Positions 59,496-64,000 of a stretch of 64,000 bases of DNA are shown in pieces. The stretch lies in assembly GCF_009914755.1 (NCBI RefSeq), contig NC_060931.1; one strand, written 5' to 3'. The notes under the pieces were generated by a model. It was not told the origin of the DNA and did not search any database. It saw only the letters and a program-made list of their open reading frames with translations. This stretch comes from the human T2T-CHM13v2.0 reference genome, Homo sapiens. A program made the position numbers and the translations under genes. Position 1 is the first letter of the stretch; each line of letters opens with the position of its first letter.

Positions 59496-60269
59496 TGAAA
59501 TTTAATGTCATAGGAAATCGAAGAGTTGATTAAAATTATTAGCTACCAGGCAATAATATGAAAATCAGTGTATTGTCATAAAGATATCTAAGCTATTACT
59601 TTTTGAAGTTGTATAAAAAGGTGAAGTTAAAATGTTTTTAAGAAGTCAATGTGTCTGTTTTACATAGGGTTGCCATTTCTGTTTTTAAACTTTAGTTGGG
59701 TTTTAAATTCCTGAATTTTCACATGGCTCATGTGGGGGACATTGGGATAGAATGGTGTTTGGGGTATATGCATAAAAAAAGGGAGTCTGTCTTAAATTAA
59801 AGGCATATATCCCCCAAAAGAATGGAATCTGTTAGTAGTAGGATAAAGTAATTTTTTGCAAAATGATAACCAGAGAAGATGTTTCATTGTTTGATCATGA
59901 ATGGAATTGTCTGTGAATGCCATCATGGATTGAGGAAAATTATAGAGTATGATATAAGATATTTACCCGAAAACGTCCAACAAAATGCCGGCCACATTTG
60001 GTAGATGTTATCGAGTCTCTCTTTCCCTCTCTTGCTGGTGAGTCTTCTCAGGCCTGCAGAGGGATTGTGGAATACGACAAGATGTTCGTACTAGCCTTGA
60101 TTGCCATCTTCAACAAACAAATGAGATAGAATGGCATATGATTCCAAAGAAATAATTCTTCATTTACTAAACCTGACTGGGAAATGAGGAGGGAGACAAA
60201 AAGGAGGAAGTAAGGTGGCAGGGTTGGGCTAATAGGAAGATTAGCAAATTTCTCCGATCCTGAAAATGA

Positions 60270-60645
<376 letters not shown>

Positions 60646-61564
60646 CACGCTTTTGGATTTTTAAAGCATCCTTGAAGCTCCTAATATGAAGGGTGCTGTG
60701 CTTCAGGGAATAAGCAGGCAAATTGTGTTGCATTTTTTAGGGTATGTCCTTCCCTGGAACAAGACAGAATATGTAGAAAGTAGCCATTCTAGATTCAGAT
60801 CTCAAAAAGTGGGCACGTCTTTGTTATCCGTTGAAATACCTATCTAGAAAGAGAAGAACAAAAGCAAGTCTGAGATCTGCAGATTACTGCTAGGATATGG
60901 GAAGAATTTCTGATAATGGAAGTCTGGTAGACATGGGTTGAGGACATAATCTTTCAGTTTACCTTTTTCTGAAACAGAGCAGTCCTCCTGGCTTGGGAAT
61001 AATGTGTGTCCAAATGTTAGGAAGTCCTAAGTATAAGACAACCCTCCTAGCCCCACATTTTCCCAATGAAAGATTTGAATTATCTAGAAAAAACTTCAAA
61101 AACAAAATGATTAGGATTGCCATGCTAGATATTATGACGTGTCATAAAACCACAAGTTTCAAACACTCTGGGCTATAGAATAGTGAAACAAGATAGTCTT
61201 CAGACAGCCTTTACTTTTAAACTAATACTTTCAGGACTTGAGGCCTCTCCGAATTAAACTAAGGACGCTCCCTGCCAACCCCCATATCCCAAGAGAAAAC
61301 AGAAAGAAAAAGTTTTCTAAGAGGAGATAATCTTACTTATTTCTGTGAATAGGAGGAATCAAAATACCAGTTGTCTCTGGTGTCTTAGTTTCTTTCAGAA
61401 AAATAAGGCTGTAGGTTAACTAATAGAACACAGAGGCCATGTATTTTGGAAGTTTCCTTTAATGTTGATAATGCTAATTTTATACAGCAAGTCAGCTCAT
61501 ACAGCAAGTCAACAAGTTCAGCTATTTGCTGAGCCTCTTGCAGCCATGTCATCTTTGAGCACAC

Positions 61565-61656
61565 TGTAAGAATTAAAGAAAGAAGAGAGAAACAAGAAGG
61601 GCAGCTTGACAGTCAATAGGTTTATTTTAAACCTGGGAGGGGCTTTTGACCTTACA
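61565..61656 (-). mobile_element. 92-bp fragment of the same LTR family as 58248-59113
   Basis: tgtaagaattaaagaaagaagagagaaac... aligns to the left end of the 58248 LTR; flanked by CACAC. Confidence 0.8.
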
Positions 61657-61896
61657 CACACACTAGGAAGTAATAATGTTCTCTGGGTGGTTGGGTGGCC
61701 TATTTATTTTTTATTTTTTTAATTAGAATTTCTTTTTCTAAGTAACTGCAATACCACCTGTACTCTGGTATCTTTTCAGGGGAATCTAGACTTTGTCAAT
61801 TGTCTGTATTATATTCAGGCTAGTGGCTTTTTCAGGGTACTAAACCTTTCCCTAAAAGGGTTTCAGTCTTCCCTCCAGCTCCAAAGCATGTAACTG

Positions 61897-62276
61897 TGTA
61901 TTAGTCTGTTCTCGCATTGCCATAAGGAATTAACTGAGACTGGGTAATTTGTGAAGAAAAGAGGTTTAATTGGCTCACAGTTCTGCGGGCTGTACAGGAA
62001 GCACGGCAGGGGAGGCCTCAGGAAACTTAAAATCATGGCAGAAGGCAAAGGGGAAAGCAGGCACATCTTCACACAGCAGGAGGAAGAGAATGAAGGGGGA
62101 AGGGAAATGTTACACACTTTTAAACAACCAGATTTCGTGAGAACTTACTCATTATCACGAGAACAGCAAGGGGGACGTCCCCATCACCCAGCCATCTCCC
62201 ACCAGGCCCCTCCTCCAACATTGAGGATTATGAATTCAACATGAGATTTGGGTGGGGACAGAGCCAGATTATATCA
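61897..62276 (-). mobile_element. MSTA-like MaLR solo LTR
   Basis: tgtattagtctgttctcgcattgccataaggaa...gtggggacagagccagattatatca. Confidence 0.85.
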
Positions 62277-62554
62277 GACTCTTTCTGACAGTTCTGCCCC
62301 TTAGAGGAGTTTTCACAGTGAGTGGTCCACCAGGACTTTTGGGAGAGCCAGGTATTTGTTGTGGATGCTGTGTAGAAGCAAACACCTTAGGCAAATGAGA
62401 AAGCTTTTGCTCTCTGAGTAGCTGTATGCTTTTGTCAAAACAGAGGTTAATAAAAGTGACAAGAATGTGTAACACACTTCATGTTAATAGGCCTGGTGGT
62501 GATGAGACAAGAAAAAAGCCATTTCTTGATAGGAAGGTACTGATATATTTTAAT

Positions 62555-62975
62555 ATGTGTCAGTTCTCTTTTGCTGCAACCACCCACCTCAAACTAACTA
62601 ACAATAATTTATTTAGCTCATAATTCTTCAAATCAGCCTGGAAGTCTTTTGGTCTTGGGTGACTTTGCTGGTTGATGATGGGCTGGGCTGGGGCCCAGGG
62701 GCCTCTACTCACATGGCCTCTCATCCCCCAGCAGCTATGCTGCACTTTATCACAGGGTGGCAGGGTTTCAAAGAGCAGCGAGGGGGGCAAGCCCCATTGC
62801 ACGAGCATCTTTCAAGCCTTTGCTTGTATCACATTTGCTCACTTCCCATGGACCAAAGCTAGTCACACGGTGGAGCTTCAAGTCAATGAGAAGGCACTCA
62901 GATCTACAGGGCAGGGGCACTTGGGTACTGGGACAGGAGGAGTCGATGGCCACATTTACAGTCTACATACAGCAC
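62555..62975 (-). mobile_element. Old MLT1-type LTR
   Basis: atttagctcataattct...actcacatggc...tttcaagcctttgcttgtatcacatttgct...ccaaagctagtcaca. Confidence 0.6.
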
Positions 62976-63505
62976 AACAGACCACACTTGTCAAGGAGTA
63001 TAACCTTGAACCTACTGGGGCTCAGTATTCTTCAGAAACTCAGTTGATGATTATAATTATGTGAATAGCCCAGATGATATGCAATCCATTTTCTCCTTAA
63101 GCCCAGAGGTCTCAAGCCCTGCGTTGATAAGAAGTAGGTTTTGCTTTTCCTACAGCCTGTTTATCACTTTTTTTTGGAGCCAACGCTGAAAAACCAAGAG
63201 GTTTTACATAAAATCTGGACTTTTGACTTTGAAAAGATGATCTGGCAAAAGTTGTCAAGAGCCAAGGAGTACTTATCTTTTCCAGGAAGCCCTGTGGTTT
63301 TCAGTTTCCCACACTCCTCCCGTCTTGCTGTTTCTTCAGCCCTGAGGCTGAGTGTCATCTGCCACTTGTCAGAGGTATTGCACGGTTGATTTTCTTATAG
63401 CAGAGAAATTCCTGTCACCATTCCTAAAAAAGTGAAATAATGAAAGGTAAACTGAGAGGCCACATAGTCCCAGAAAAATGGAAGAAATCATATCACTTTG
63501 AGTAA

Positions 63506-63999
<494 letters not shown>

Positions 64000-64000
64000 C

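Overview
Human (or very close great-ape) genomic DNA covering five consecutive internal coding exons of TYW1, the radical-SAM enzyme of tRNA-Phe wybutosine synthesis, on the + strand (7649-7766, 13535-13587, 24986-25104, 41130-41239, 56239-56416; probably exons 8-12). All are AG/GT-bounded and splice into one open frame carrying the CX12CX12C auxiliary Fe-S motif and the CxxxCxxC radical-SAM motif. The rest is intron dominated by repeats: about 60 Alus, old and young L1s, L2/MIR, MER5/MER20 and several LTRs. Nearly all ORFs in the supplied track are Alu/L1 artefacts. I see no new multi-gene system. The best leads are: (1) a TSD-flanked antisense retrocopy of the PRRC2A/BAT2 3' end; (2) a cryptic acceptor that would splice TYW1 in frame into a sense L1PA ORF2 tail with its own poly(A) signal, just downstream of a UG tract; (3) inverted Alus around two exons that would form a 171-nt stop-free circle; (4) templated-insertion repair scars; (5) a 92-bp LTR-derived mini-element with inverted termini. 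Repeat subfamily names and exon numbers are from memory, and repeat boundaries are approximate.
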